64,000 bases of DNA from a virus (Duplodnaviria; Caudoviricetes), in the IMG/VR virus record IMGVR_UViG_3300028591_000004, positions 64,001-128,000 of that record. One strand, given 5' to 3'. Position numbers and translations under genes: made by a program. Under the pieces are notes generated by a model. It worked only from the letters and a program-made list of their open reading frames with translations. It was not told the origin of the DNA and made no database searches. Position 1 is the first letter of the stretch. Each line of letters opens with the position of its first letter. Shown here one piece after another: positions 39,834 through 52,275 of the stretch.

Positions 39834-40709
39834 TTTAAATAGGAGTGTTTAAATGACTTTTAGACCTATCGCAAAAATCGTACAGAAATCTGACGAAGAT
39901 GGATGGCATTGTAGTGATGTAATAGAATATCGTTGCCCGATATGTTATAAGATACTCAAAGGATACAAGAAACAAGATGGGTGTATAGATTGCAACATCT
40001 TCTTTAATTGGGGAGATCACGAACCAAAGATTGTTGTAACTAAAAATATAAGTTGGTAAACTAACACATTCATTAAGAACAAAAGGTGGATAAGATGAGC
40101 ATAACACTTATCAGTTTAATAATTAGTTCTGGGGTTATCATCGTTAGTATTATCCTCTGTCGCATTGCGTCAGAGCTTCGGTCTATTGCGTATCACTTGG
40201 AGCAACTGGATCGGAAGCACTCTAAAGAGTACAAAATATGAAATTACTTAAATAACACTTTATTACGCAAAAGAGGAGTTTTATCATGGAAACAAAGGAC
40301 AAGCCAAACAAAGTGACTGCGACTTTGAAGATTGTTATCACGGGCGAGTTTTACGACGATGAAGCTTCAGAGGAAACCTTGCGATATTGCGCAGAACAAG
40401 CTCTCGAAGATGCCGGATTCGATGTTGAAGTATCTGTAATGCGTAATAATCGAATCCCGTTTTCAGCAAATAGCAATGTTCAATGGACATAACTTAAATA
40501 GGAGCTTTACGATGTTTAAAAAACTGATTGCCAAATGGAAATACAGACGATTCTGCCGAATGAATCGTTGCCCTGATTGTATCTATCACGACTTCGTATT
40601 CGAAGGATGCGTTTTCCGTGGTAATCGTTGTCGTCATCCTGCGGCGAAACTGTGAATTAAATAACGCCTTGATACACATTGGAGCACATTGATGTGGGAG
40701 GTAGAGAGC

Positions 40710-40919
40710 ATGGACAATTTGAAGCCGTGCCCGTTTTGTGGACATAGAAAGCCCGTCCTGATAACACGCGGAAGGCTGGACGGATGGCGTGATTATTTCT
40801 ATGTCCTCTGTGATTATAATGACGGTGGATGTGGAGCAAGTGGCCAATGGTGCCATTACCCAGACGAAGCCGTCGAAGCATGGAATAAAAGAACGTTAAC
40901 AGACGCTGATACGCAATAA
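40710..40919 (+). CDS. Lar family restriction-alleviation-like protein
   Basis: LKPCPFCG..C..GC..EAVEAWNKR. Confidence 0.7.
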   Translation: MDNLKPCPFCGHRKPVLITRGRLDGWRDYFYVLCDYNDGGCGASGQWCHYPDEAVEAWNKRTLTDADTQ

Positions 40920-40954
40920 AAAAGAGGCTAACACTTTAAGAACGGAGGAATAAA

Positions 40955-41164
40955 ATGTCTTTTGCAGATGCTGTTTTAACCATGAAACAGGGAAAGAGAG
41001 TTCGTATGCCGTGGTGGGGAGGATATTGGTACATCGCAGACGGCACACTCAGAATACATGATATTAACGACAACGACATTAACGCATTTAGCGAAGAAAA
41101 CAGAGAACCGCTTTACACTTTGTTGTTTATGACTGCAAACTGCTGGGAATTAGTTCCAGATTAA
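40955..41164 (+). CDS. DUF2829 (Tad2-like) protein
   Basis: MSFADAV..MKQGKRVR..WW..MTANCWELV. Confidence 0.6.
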   Translation: MSFADAVLTMKQGKRVRMPWWGGYWYIADGTLRIHDINDNDINAFSEENREPLYTLLFMTANCWELVPD

Positions 41165-42081
41165 AGGAGATGAACATCCTGAAAGTTTCAGACGTTATAA
41201 ACAGAATAAACGATATAGAAAAATGCAGACGCTATCTGGAAGAATGGATGGATGGAAAAATTATGGATCAGAACCAGATTGATGCTATTGCGGACGATAT
41301 TGATACGCATTTGGAAGCATATGCAGAGATGCTCATGAACAAAGAAATAAAATAACAAATTAAGAACGGAAAGAAGCATCGCTATGGTTATTAAAATAGC
41401 TGAAGACGGAACCGTTACATGGAAGTTTTATAAAAAATCATATAAGAAAGCCAGATGGAAAAGGCTCGGGGCACGACTGCTTGTAGACTTTCAAAAGGAA
41501 GCAGGAGCTCATGGTTTGATATTCGTTATTTGGAATCGATAAAATAAAACGTTAACTCAGAGAGGGATAGACATGAGCAAGTGGATGGAAAAGCTTACGC
41601 GCAAGACAGATAAATATAATCCGCGCAAGCGAAAGCAATATAAAAAATCCAGATATCGTAAACAAGCAAGAAAGTTTGAGATATGGTGCGATAAAGAAGA
41701 GGCCGAAGCAGAAGAGTTTGAACGTCTGCATCCAAACTGGGTGGCCGAGCTTGATGAGATGCTCACTAAACAACATGTTAAATAAGGAATTGAAAAATGG
41801 ATATTCAAACTAATGTAGATATACTAATGCAAGCAGATTTTAAAGATTGGCATTATTATGAAATGCAACAAAAGAAAATGGAGCTTATCTCCCTTTTAAA
41901 AGAACGTGAAAAAGAAAATGACCAAGATGTTCCTTTAATCTCTCTTCGGGGTTATGCGTTGACGCATGAAGACGTTACGCGCATGGCAGAAGAAGTAGAA
42001 GATGAATTAAACAAAACAAGAAAAGAACTCGGATATAAAGAATAGCTGAAACAATAATTCAGCATGAAAAATCTAATTACA

Positions 42082-42261
42082 ATGCTGTGGCGGAATAGGT
42101 AGACGTAAATACAAATTCACAGGGATGCAGCAGTAGACGGTTGGCGGGCATGCGAGGGTTGAGACTACGCGCCGAAAAAGCGGCTCCAGTCGTAGAGGAC
42201 GTAAAAACTCGGAACTGTGAAGAATAAAGCCCGTATGCGAGGTGCAAATCCTCACCAGCAC
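42082..42261 (+). ncRNA. tRNA-shell ncRNA TL4
   Basis: ATGCTG-TG-GCGGAATAGGTAGACGT ... GCGGGC/GCCCGT-AT-GCGAGG-TGCAAAT-CCTCAC-CAGCA. Confidence 0.75.
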
Positions 42262-42280
42262 AACATAAGTTCACATTGAT

Positions 42281-42471
42281 ATGCGGTGGCGGAATAGATT
42301 GCCATCATTCCTGCGGAGAGTAAATAAGGGCGTGTCTCTCATCCAAGTACACCTGATCACAGGGGCGCAGGTCACGGCTAAAGTAGACGCTAGGCAGAGC
42401 CGAACACGAGACAGATGGAGCAGCCGGAAGGTACACAGTCTGTCATGTGAGGTGCAAATCCTCACCCGCAT
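42281..42471 (+). ncRNA. tRNA-shell ncRNA TL5 with D-loop insertion
   Basis: ATGCGG-TG-GCGGAATAG-[about 85 nt]-GTAGACGC ... GACAGAT/GTCTGTC-AT-GTGAGG-TGCAAAT-CCTCAC-CCGCAT. Confidence 0.75.
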
Positions 42472-42920
42472 TTTATATGTAAACATCTTAGAAGAAATAA
42501 AATTGAGAAGTTACGCTGACAAGAAACGTGCAGAAAATGCACGTTCCAGTTGTTCGGAAATTCCGAACACTTGAAAGGCTGTGAATATTAAATGAAGCTG
42601 ACCGAATTAATTAATTGTATTAATTTGGCATATGAACACGAAAGGCACCCAGACACTATTGATGTTGTCATTGCAATTAAAGTACCGTACATGACGGTAG
42701 GACAGGCTCCATGTGTAGGCATCAAATCTACATATATGGGTTTCGACTGGGAAGCCGGTCAATTCAGAATTATACCGGAAGAAAATCTGATGTGTGTTAA
42801 ACACGATGTGCCACAAGAAGTTATTAATTGGAATGATGTATATTGCTGCCCGAAGTGTGAGCATATACTCTCTATTAATGACAAAGATCCTGATATTAAA
42901 TTCTGTAGCAAATGTGGACA

Positions 42921-45900
42921 GGCGGTTGAATGGAAATGAATAAACAAGAAATAATAGATTCCTTCGAAGGCCGCATCTTAGGAGGATATCTGCATTACGG
43001 TGGATATATCCATGTACCGTTACAAGAGGCTGAGGCCATTCTCTCGTTACTGAAATCACAAGACGATTCGATTGAAGCACATCAGACAGCCGAAGGATTC
43101 ACTTTCTTCTCTACAGGATTAGTCAAACAAGGAGAAGAGCGAGGCTTATTGTTCGGTAAAATGATGATGCATGAATGGCTTGAAAAAGAATTGCTTTATC
43201 ATGAGTTGATGACAGACGATATCCAGTCAATTTTTGAAGAAGCCAAGAAGAAATTTTTATAAGGTGAAGCAAAATGAAATTACAAGTTGATATATTGGAT
43301 TTGCGGAAAATGATCAAAGAAAAATGTGAAGAAATTATAAGCGATCCAAAGCTTGCATATGAATTCTTTTTGCGAATTTGTGATATCGAAGAAGACGAAC
43401 GATTTATGATTGTTGACGACGATTTGCAGGAGAGTATGTAAAAAATGACTGATAAAGAAAAGGTTATTAAAGGATTAACGCATTGCACCGCATGGGCCGG
43501 ACTGCATGAATGTCAGCCGAAGGTTGGAGATGATTGTCCATATGTAGATGAGCCGGATTGCAAGCTTTCGATTATGTACGATGCTCTTATCTTACTGAAG
43601 AAGCAGGAACCTGTTGAACCAATTGCTATTAAACAAGAAATGTTTGACGAATTTTATGGAGCTGTTTCACGTTGTCCAAAGTGTGATTGCATGTGGGTTA
43701 TGTATAGGGAAAACGATATGCATTACTGCCCTGAGTGCGGTCAGGCGGTGAAGTGGGAATGACAGGAAAAGACTTGCGGTATTCCTTGGTGTTGAAAGGG
43801 TTAAGACCATCTGAGTTAGCCAATCGTATTGGCGTTTCGAGAAGCATGATTTCAAAGTGGCTTTCCGGTGCATCAAAAATTCCATCAAAGCACGAAGATG
43901 CCATCACGCATTTTCTTGGAGAAGTTACAGATGCTGAAGCAAAAGATATGCGAAGAATTGAAGAAATAGTATCAACTATGACAAAAGAAGAAAAAATCAA
44001 TGCTGTTCAATTTATATTGAGAACACTTTAAGACGGTGAAGTGGGAATGAGATTAATTGATGCATATGCTTTACAAGATGAAATCCAAAAAAGCAAAATG
44101 GAGAATCCGCATAAAGATGCAAAAGTTGCAAAAAATCATGAGTTTGAACATGAGCACTTTATGAAGATGGTAGTCCTTCAACCCACTGCACAGGAAGAAG
44201 TTGTTCGGTGCAAGGATTGCAAATATAGAAGTTTTTATTGCACAGAAGCAACAGATGGAACAACGTTGTATACGTGCCATCATCCGTGTGCTAATGATGT
44301 TCCTCGCCCGGTTGATTGGTTCTGTGCAGATGGGAAAAGGCGGTGAGGTGAATGGATCAGGAATATGACTGCCTTCTTCCCCTGGAGCATACAGACAACT
44401 GGGCGCTGTCAGCAAATGCAGTTCAGAGTATTACTGGAGCTCTTCAAAAACTATTTCCTGCACTGCGCCATGAAGCATTTGAAGAGCTGGGACGGTTGGC
44501 TTTATCACCACGAGGTTGCTGTAAGACTGTCAGATGGGACGAAAAGAACCGCAGGCGTCGTATGAAAAGGCGGTGAAGTGGAAATGAGTCTTGATAAAGC
44601 TATAAAACATGGTAAAGAACACCGTAAACCGTATACAGGGAGCAAAGCCATTGATAGAACGTGTCGAAATCATGGCGGTTGCCCGTGGTGCGAAGAAAAC
44701 AGGAAGCACAAAATGCGAGACAAACATCCTCCAGAGCAAGAAGGTCGGTGAAGTGGGAATGACAAAAAGCGAAGTGAAAAAGGCCCTTGATGAAATAAGG
44801 GATATGTCCGATGAAGAAATAGCTGATAACGGTCAGTTTATACGCAAAGTATCAGAAGAAGCATTAGCTCTGATTAAAAATCTGGAAAAGCGGTGAAGTT
44901 GGAATGACTGACAGGGAATACGCATACATTGTTAGAAGAACGCTTGAAAACAAAATAGCGTTTGCGGAAAACAACAATCAAAACGCTCTGCTCGTAACGC
45001 TTGATGTACTGAAAGATATTCTTGCCCTGCTGAAAAAACAGGAAGAACAAGAAGAAAGAGAATATAAAGAGAAGCATCCTTGCGAATTCTGTCAGGAGTA
45101 TTTATGCGATGGCTGTCCTTATTGTGCTGACGGGGGAAAGGCGGGACGGTGATGGCTGATAGGGAGAAAGTTATAAAAGGGCTGATTTCTTGTGCAAAAT
45201 GGATGAAAAACAATGATACAGACGCTTGCAATAGTTGCCCTTATCATCATCATTTCAGTTACGATGACAATAATTGCATCGCAATGGTCAACAGCGAAGC
45301 CATTGAATTGCTGAAAGAGCAAGAAGCGGTAAAAATCGAAGTAAAAAAAATTAACAGCAGTGGAAGATGTGGACGATGCCCAAACTGCCTTATCGAATTG
45401 AATGAGATGGATTATCCGGATTATTGTGGTTATTGCGGCCAGAAGGTGAGATGGGAATGAAAGTCAGCTATTGCGAGAAATGCAAATGTTACGAGCGTAG
45501 AAAATGGAGCGATTGTTACATTCCGAAGAATTATCACCCAATTGGAACGAGCCATGCATACGGATATTGTAAATTGTATTGTATGCGATGCAGTGAAATC
45601 AAGCCGTATATCTGCAAAGAAAGAGTGCAAATTGGTGAAAAGGAAAGGCAGCGAAGTGGAAATAATTGACAGAGAGAAGGTCATCAACGATCTTTCAACT
45701 GCATTGGTTCAGATGCACGGCCCCGGTCGGTATACACCTGAAGATGTGGATGAATTGGAAGAGGCTGGGTGGCAAGCATTGAAATTCCTTGAATCCGAAG
45801 AAGGATATAAAGTCATATATACGCAGTGCGATGGAAGCATAGAAACAATTTGTGGATGCTGCGGATATGGCTTAGACAAAAAGTATGGTATTTGCCCGAA

Positions 45901-46890
45901 GTGTGGAAGGCCGGTGAAATGGAATGATTGACAGAGAGAAGGTTATCAAAGGACTAAAACAACACAGAGAGGCACGGCTTTATAGCTGTGATAACTGTCC
46001 ATATACGAATGATACTGACTGCCAATCAAAACTATGTTCCGATGCTGTTGCCCTGTTGAAAGAGCAGGAGCCGGTGAAGCCAGATTATAGTCCGTATTAC
46101 CAAGAATGGTATTGTGGAAACTGCGGGAAAATGATTCCAAGAGCATATAATTATTGCAACTATTGCGGACAGGCGGTGAAGTGGTATGACTGACATAGAG
46201 AAGGTTAAAAAAGGACTTGAATGCCTTGCGCAAAAACAAGCACCAACAGCAAATCCATGTAAGGATTGCGGATATATCAATAGACCGAACTTTGCTATTT
46301 GCGTGAAAGATGTTGCGTCTGATGCTCTGGAACTGCTGAAAGAGCAGGAAGCAGAGATTGAATACATGAAGCGACCAGACTGCGAACATGCAGAACATGA
46401 CGGAATTGGATGCCTTGGCTATTGTGGATGTGCACAAGATGACGAGCCTATTGAATCTTGCAAAAGATGTGAAAAGTATACTGGGAACGTTTATGAGGCG
46501 GTGAAGTGGGAATGACTTGTGGAGACGCTGTTAGATGGCTTGAGAATTTAAAAAATGATATAGGCAATCCGCATTATGAATGCCTCTGGCATTATGCGCA
46601 GGCAATAGAAGAGATCGCTGATCTACTACAAGATCAGGAGCCGAGGATTCTCGACTGGGATGAGATCAGGAATTATCCAGTTGTCTACGGAGAGTTTCGA
46701 GATGTCAAAGAAATATATCCATTGATTATTACAATAAACAGTTTCGGTGAATGTCTTTCGTGGAACCCCGGAATTAATATAAGCAAGGAGTTTATACTCC
46801 TGGTTTCCGATGAAGAAGACAGACGGAATACACGCTGCTGGAATAAGATGCCAACAGAAGAACAGCGATTGGCGGTACAATGGAATGACT
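42921..46890 (+). repeat. Array of small ORFs joined by GGCGGTGAAGTGG(G)AATGA junctions
   Basis: About 14 junctions (42921, 43744, 44032, 44339, 44569, 44744, 44889, 45140, 45442, 45647, 45910, 46172, 46497, 46871); ORFs often start MxDREKVIKGL and end CxxCGQAVKWE. Confidence 0.85.
43759..44031 (+). CDS. XRE-family HTH protein
   Basis: GLRPSELANRIGVSRSMISKWLSG. Confidence 0.8.
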   Translation: MTGKDLRYSLVLKGLRPSELANRIGVSRSMISKWLSGASKIPSKHEDAITHFLGEVTDAEAKDMRRIEEIVSTMTKEEKINAVQFILRTL

Positions 46891-48166
46891 GACAGAGAAA
46901 AAGTGATTAGAGCACTTGAGATTTGTAATTTTGGGGGAGACGGAGCCTGTTATGAAAAAGAATGTCCATACTATTGGGATCATGATTGTTTAGATATTTT
47001 AAAAAATAAAATAATCTTCATGTTAAAAGAACAGAAACCTGTATTAATAGAAAGTCAGCCAAAATCATAACTGTACGGGAGGCTGCTTATGAGTTTTGAT
47101 GTAAACGCTGATATCCAGCAAGCACGAGAAGACGCAAAGAGATTAAAAAAACGCAAGGGCAAACACGCGGACAAACTTAAATTGAAGAAACACAGGAAGA
47201 AAGATTTGATTATTATGTGGTTAAACGATCTGGCAACACGTACAAAAGACATCGATGATAAAAGAATGCTGATAGATGTTATTGACTTTTTGAAAGATAA
47301 ACCGTCTAAATAAAGTTGGAGTATCGCATGATCGATTTTGGTTTATCGGATGAATATCTGAATGGTTATAACACAAGACTAAAAGATCTTCCATTCGACG
47401 ACAGTCAATCAGATGAATGGAGGATGGGTTGGATAAATGCAAATCAAGCCATAAAATCAAACAAAACAAAGACCATGGATTTGGCGGAAAAAATATACTG
47501 GATTTTAATTGAAGAAGGACAACACAACCTAAAGCTGCCGTTGGGTAGTATAATCACAAATACACCAGATGAAGTAAGAGATATCATTAGAAAACACATC
47601 AACGAATTAACCTAAATAATGTTTTTGCAAAGGAGCATGTATAGTATGGGTCAAATATTGTTCAGACCAACATGCAGCAAGTGTAAGAAGCAGCTGTTTG
47701 GGATAATTGATTATGAATACGACATTCAGGCAATAAGCGCTGATTTCATAGATACTGCGTTATATAAAAGAGGGCATGTTGAGCCGAACTGCTGCCCGTA
47801 CTGTAATGAATGGTTCGATAGCATAGAGATTCCGGGATCAATTCCTTATGAGAATTGGCCGGACAATTACCCATATTAAGATTCAACGAGATAAAAAGGA
47901 GTTTTAAATGGACACAGACAGCATAATCTCATGCTTACTGGAGATCGAACAATACTTTTTAAAACGGGCAAAGCAAAAGACCGATCCTGTTGATGCCGAG
48001 ATAGCCGAGAACTATGCATACACAATGCGTATGATTGCGGAAGAGATCGCGAAAAAGGATCTAAGCAGCGAAAATGTATTGAAAGTATGCGGAGCAACAG
48101 GCTTGCCATGCTGTGCATGCGAGCCGTGTTGTTCTAACCGGATAGAAAACACAAAGGAGTAAAAAA

Positions 48167-48409
48167 ATGGACGAAAGAGCTATTCAATTAGTTTTGAATT
48201 ATATTGCAGAACATCTGGATAAGTCAGATCCAGAACCTGATTTTGAAATTTATATTGTTTGGAAATGTAAAGCCTTACAGAACTGGAAATATCTGATCAG
48301 CACCAGCCTGTTTGATGGAATGTACTACGAGCTGACCTACAACGGCGACAAGAAAGAATGGTATCTTGACGCTTACAAGAAATTTGAAAATAAAAGAATC
48401 CCTGACTAA
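48167..48409 (+). CDS. DUF6275-like phage protein
   Basis: VWKCKALQNWK..DGMYYELTYNGDKKEWYLDAYKKFEN. Confidence 0.7.
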   Translation: MDERAIQLVLNYIAEHLDKSDPEPDFEIYIVWKCKALQNWKYLISTSLFDGMYYELTYNGDKKEWYLDAYKKFENKRIPD

Positions 48410-49151
48410 CATTCATTAAACAACAGGTGATGAGATGACAGACCAAGAATGGGCAGAGCAAATAGAAAATGAATCAAATCAAAAGCTTTTTGAAACTCTG
48501 GTTTATTGCGGCACAGATATGTATTATCAATTTATTTGGAAAACAGTATTAAAAGAACTAGCCAGACGAATGGGAGATGTAGACTTTTCTAAACTTGGAA
48601 TAGAATCCTGATAATAGAAAAGTTTATAAATAGAAATATGAGTAAACAATTTAATACCGATGGAATGATGACATTTCCTTCTGATAACAGAAAACCTTTA
48701 ACAATGAATGCGCTTGAAAGTATTGAGTGCGCTATAGCGTTCGATGTAAGAGACTGGGGAGAAGACCGCAGAAGTGCATGGATCTATGCTATTGTATTCG
48801 GATGGGAGTACGAAGACAGCTGGGAAGAAGAGTCCAGAAAGTTCGGCTGGGACGAAGAAGATCATGAAAGAGCAAAGATATTACATGAGCAATGGATAAA
48901 AGCAAAGGAGATAATCGATAATGAAAGGGAAAGAACTGATTAAATGGATACAGAAAAATCACGCCGAAGATCTGGATTGTATTGTTCAGTACCGAGATTC
49001 CGGTGGAAATTACTCTGGTGGTGAGATTCTTGATCCTCCGGCGCTGGCAACCTATAAAAGAGACAAAGAAGGTAATCCATACAATGTCGATATTGTATAC
49101 GATTCAATATTAAAAGCAAACTGTATTGTGCTCTAAACAAAGGAGAAAAGA

Positions 49152-49346
49152 ATGAAACCATGTCCTTGGTGCAAAGATACTGTTGGATTAGAAATCGAAA
49201 TTAAAAAATGTGATTGTGGACAACACAATTGGATCTTTGTGAAATGCCATCGTTGCGGAGCTACAGGGCCGTATATAATATACGGCAATAGTGATGACAG
49301 AGATAACAGAGAAAGGGTTGCTATTGAATCATGGAACACTCGATAA
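49152..49346 (+). CDS. Lar-like Zn-finger protein
   Basis: MKPCPWC..VKCHRCGATGP..AIESWNTR. Confidence 0.65.
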   Translation: MKPCPWCKDTVGLEIEIKKCDCGQHNWIFVKCHRCGATGPYIIYGNSDDRDNRERVAIESWNTR

Positions 49347-51862
49347 CAAAAGATAAAATTAAAATAGAATGCGATCTCTCTTTTAAAGAAAGACTTAAAT
49401 TGGTCTTTTCGGAAGAATCAGAATATTGTTTCTTTACTCACGGAGATTGCGGTGTTTTTAGTACCCCTGATGGCCCAGACTGTGCCGGATGCATAGAAGA
49501 AAACGTGGAGTGGATTATAGATGAATAGATCTGACGTATGTTCTTCCTGCAATACCCAGCTGAGATGGTCGCCGCCTGATCGTTTAGGACTCACACCCGG
49601 GTTCTATTACTGCCCGAGGTGCAAATACAGGCGCTGGGAAGGCAATTCTCAAAACATCTGGAAAACAAGAAAGCGGAAAGGAAAACGTGGATGACAGATA
49701 AAGAAGTGTTCGATCTTGTCCGGGACAACTACAACAAGGCGAACAAAGAATACCTTGCTGAACAGGTTAAGAGAGCTATGGAGCTTGAAAAAGATCCGGA
49801 GAAACTAAAGAAAGCAATCAATGACGATATTACCAAGAGACTGATAATGGGAGAGGATTATTTCAGATGAGAGTCTTAAGACATGGAGAATGCTTGAAAT
49901 TCTATTGCGATGGATGTGGGTGTATATGGCTGGCTAATAAATCCGAATGCAAAGAAAACCCCCACAGCGCAAGCCTTCTTCCGACAGATTGGAGCTATCC
50001 TTGTCCTGATTGCGGTAAGTTAATTGCAACCAGATCGGAAGCAAGAGAAGGGGGCAAGGAAACTTAATGAATCCAACAATGAACGTACTCAGTCCATGTG
50101 TAAAAAATAAATGCGATGTGGCAACTCAGTCAGCATGTACAGGATGCCCTGAATGGTTCGCATGGAGAACTGGAACAGAAAACTGGCGTGGGCTGAGTGT
50201 TACAAATAGAATCTGCCCGAACTGCGGCAGCGAAAACGATATGAGAGCATTATCTCCGGAGGTCTCAACAGAATACGATTATGTTTGTCTGAATTGTTCA
50301 AAGTATTTCACTGAGGATGATGTGTATATCGGTAAACATGAAAGGAGGAACAAATGATGGACTATGATTATTTAATGTCTATCCCACAAGGATGGATGTG
50401 CCCGGTTTGCAAGAGGGTGTATTCTCCTTCTTATCCGTGGTGTAACTTCTGCGGAAATGAAAAGACAGAAACAACAACAACTTACACAACAGAAATTGAG
50501 TATGTCCCACCTATCAGTCAGTGGGAACCGAAAAAGACGGTGGTAATAAAATGACAGCTACAGAAGCTGAAGAACTGATGAAAGAAAGCATGAAACACAA
50601 AGACTTGTTTTATAAATTTAGACTGAACTGGATGAGTGGAAAGCTAAATCAAAGGATAGAGAATGCAGCAAAGCATGGAAAACATTCTGCCGAAATAATG
50701 GTGTTATCAGAGAACAGTGCAGAGCAATACTATCCTCTTTTAGCAAAAATTTATATAGAACAAGGTTTTCGTGTTTTCTATAATCTAAAGCAATATAAAT
50801 TGAATTCGAGCTGTCCCCAGCTGAGAGTTGTTTGGGATTGGGAAAATTTAACATACGGTCAAAGACATAACTTATACGACTGTTTTGAGTATAGGGAACC
50901 TAACTATGAGTAAAGAATTGAAATGGTGTCTAAACTTTGCAAGGGCCGTGCATTTAAGAGGTCATAAAAAAAGAAAAGTAAGGAAAAAGAATATAAAAAG
51001 GGTAGAGAGAATGAGATCTCAGGCGTTCAAAAAGTGGGGCTATTTTCCTCTGCCAATCGAATGGATTCCAAAATCGTGGGCAGGGGAGAGAAAGAAATGA
51101 AAAAGTTTCTAAAATTCATTTACCATATACCTGGGTTCTATCGTTTATATAAAGATTATGAAATAGATCCAGAAGGAATTAGATTTATTTTTAATGCATA
51201 CAGTGAAGTTATACAAAACTGCACCGGAGGAAAACTGTCTAAGTTGTCTTATTATCCCTATGTTGTAACAACGGAGATAGACAACTATTATTACGACAAA
51301 TACTATGATATGTGGCACGGGGATGATTTAAAATGAACTTATACAAATGGTTTCACGATGATATAACATGGTGTGGAAATGAATGTTCTTATACAGCATG
51401 CGAAAGGAATCTAATAAACAAGCTTTCAAAAGAGGGACCGTTTTCGTGTGCGCTGTTTAAAGACACAGAAACCTGTCCTTTATACAAGGAGCAAAAAGAT
51501 GATAGCAGGAATAATTAATTTAATTCTTGTCGGCGGGCTGATTCTGTTTGTGCTGGCCAGTGCTGCGGACTTTAATAAAAAAGAATAAGAACTTTGAAGA
51601 AGGAGTTTACTATGGCGAGATATATTCACAGACCTTACTATGTTGATGCTGTACAGTGGACTGGAGAAAATATACAGGACATGGAGCTGCTTGCGTCAGG
51701 ATTCAAAACAAGTCATAACAATGATACTTTCTACATTGAAGTACCTGAATATATGATTATTGTTAACCTCAAAGAGTTTGTAGTGCGGGATCACGAAAAG
51801 ATTTTCGTTCTTCCGGAAGATCACTTTGTAAACAATTTTGATCAGGTGGTGGAGGAAGATCA

Positions 51863-52114
51863 ATGAAAAAGATTTTATTAATAGGCTTGTTGGTTGTTCT
51901 TATGATTGTACTGAGTTCCTGCGGAAACAGACAGACAGGTTTAGATACGTACCAAACCTTTAAGAAAGCGCACATTCTTCTCAACGGAGAATGGCGCGAA
52001 ATAAATATAAAGGCATGGAGAGACTTTGAAAACGGGGATGAAGTGCAAGTTGTAACCCCAGATGGGAAAGTTTATCTAACACATTATATGAATGTAGTTT
52101 TGGTGAACGAATGA
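51863..52114 (+). CDS. Small lipoprotein
   Basis: Signal peptide with lipobox LSSC. Confidence 0.6.
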   Translation: MKKILLIGLLVVLMIVLSSCGNRQTGLDTYQTFKKAHILLNGEWREINIKAWRDFENGDEVQVVTPDGKVYLTHYMNVVLVNE

Positions 52115-52216
52115 TGAGAGATTTAATTGATCTGGTTGTCTCAATACTGGCAATTCTTGTGGGTGCAATCATCCTTACGATATTCGGAGGATTTTTCTTT
52201 GCGCTGGTTGGAAGAT

Positions 52217-52275
52217 AAAAAAAAGGGTATTCTCAAAACCTATTCAATGAATAGACTGAGAATACCCATTTTTTT
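52217..52275. terminator. Bidirectional terminator between the convergent gene blocks
   Basis: A-run, GGGTATTCTCA..TGAGAATACCC, T-run. Confidence 0.8.

Larger units (their letters stand above)
36375..40940 (+). repeat. Dispersed intergenic repeat ACTTAAATAACAC(C/T)TTAA, variant ACTTAAATAGGAG
   Basis: Copies near 36375, 36586, 38887, 39053, 39227, 39416, 39834, 40246, 40491, 40655 and 40929, each at a gene or ncRNA boundary. Confidence 0.75.

Noticed and set aside
42921-46890. CRISPR array (also considered for 36375-40940)
   Set aside because: Repeats are degenerate, spacing is irregular at roughly 150-800 bp or more, the intervals are ORFs, and there are no cas genes.
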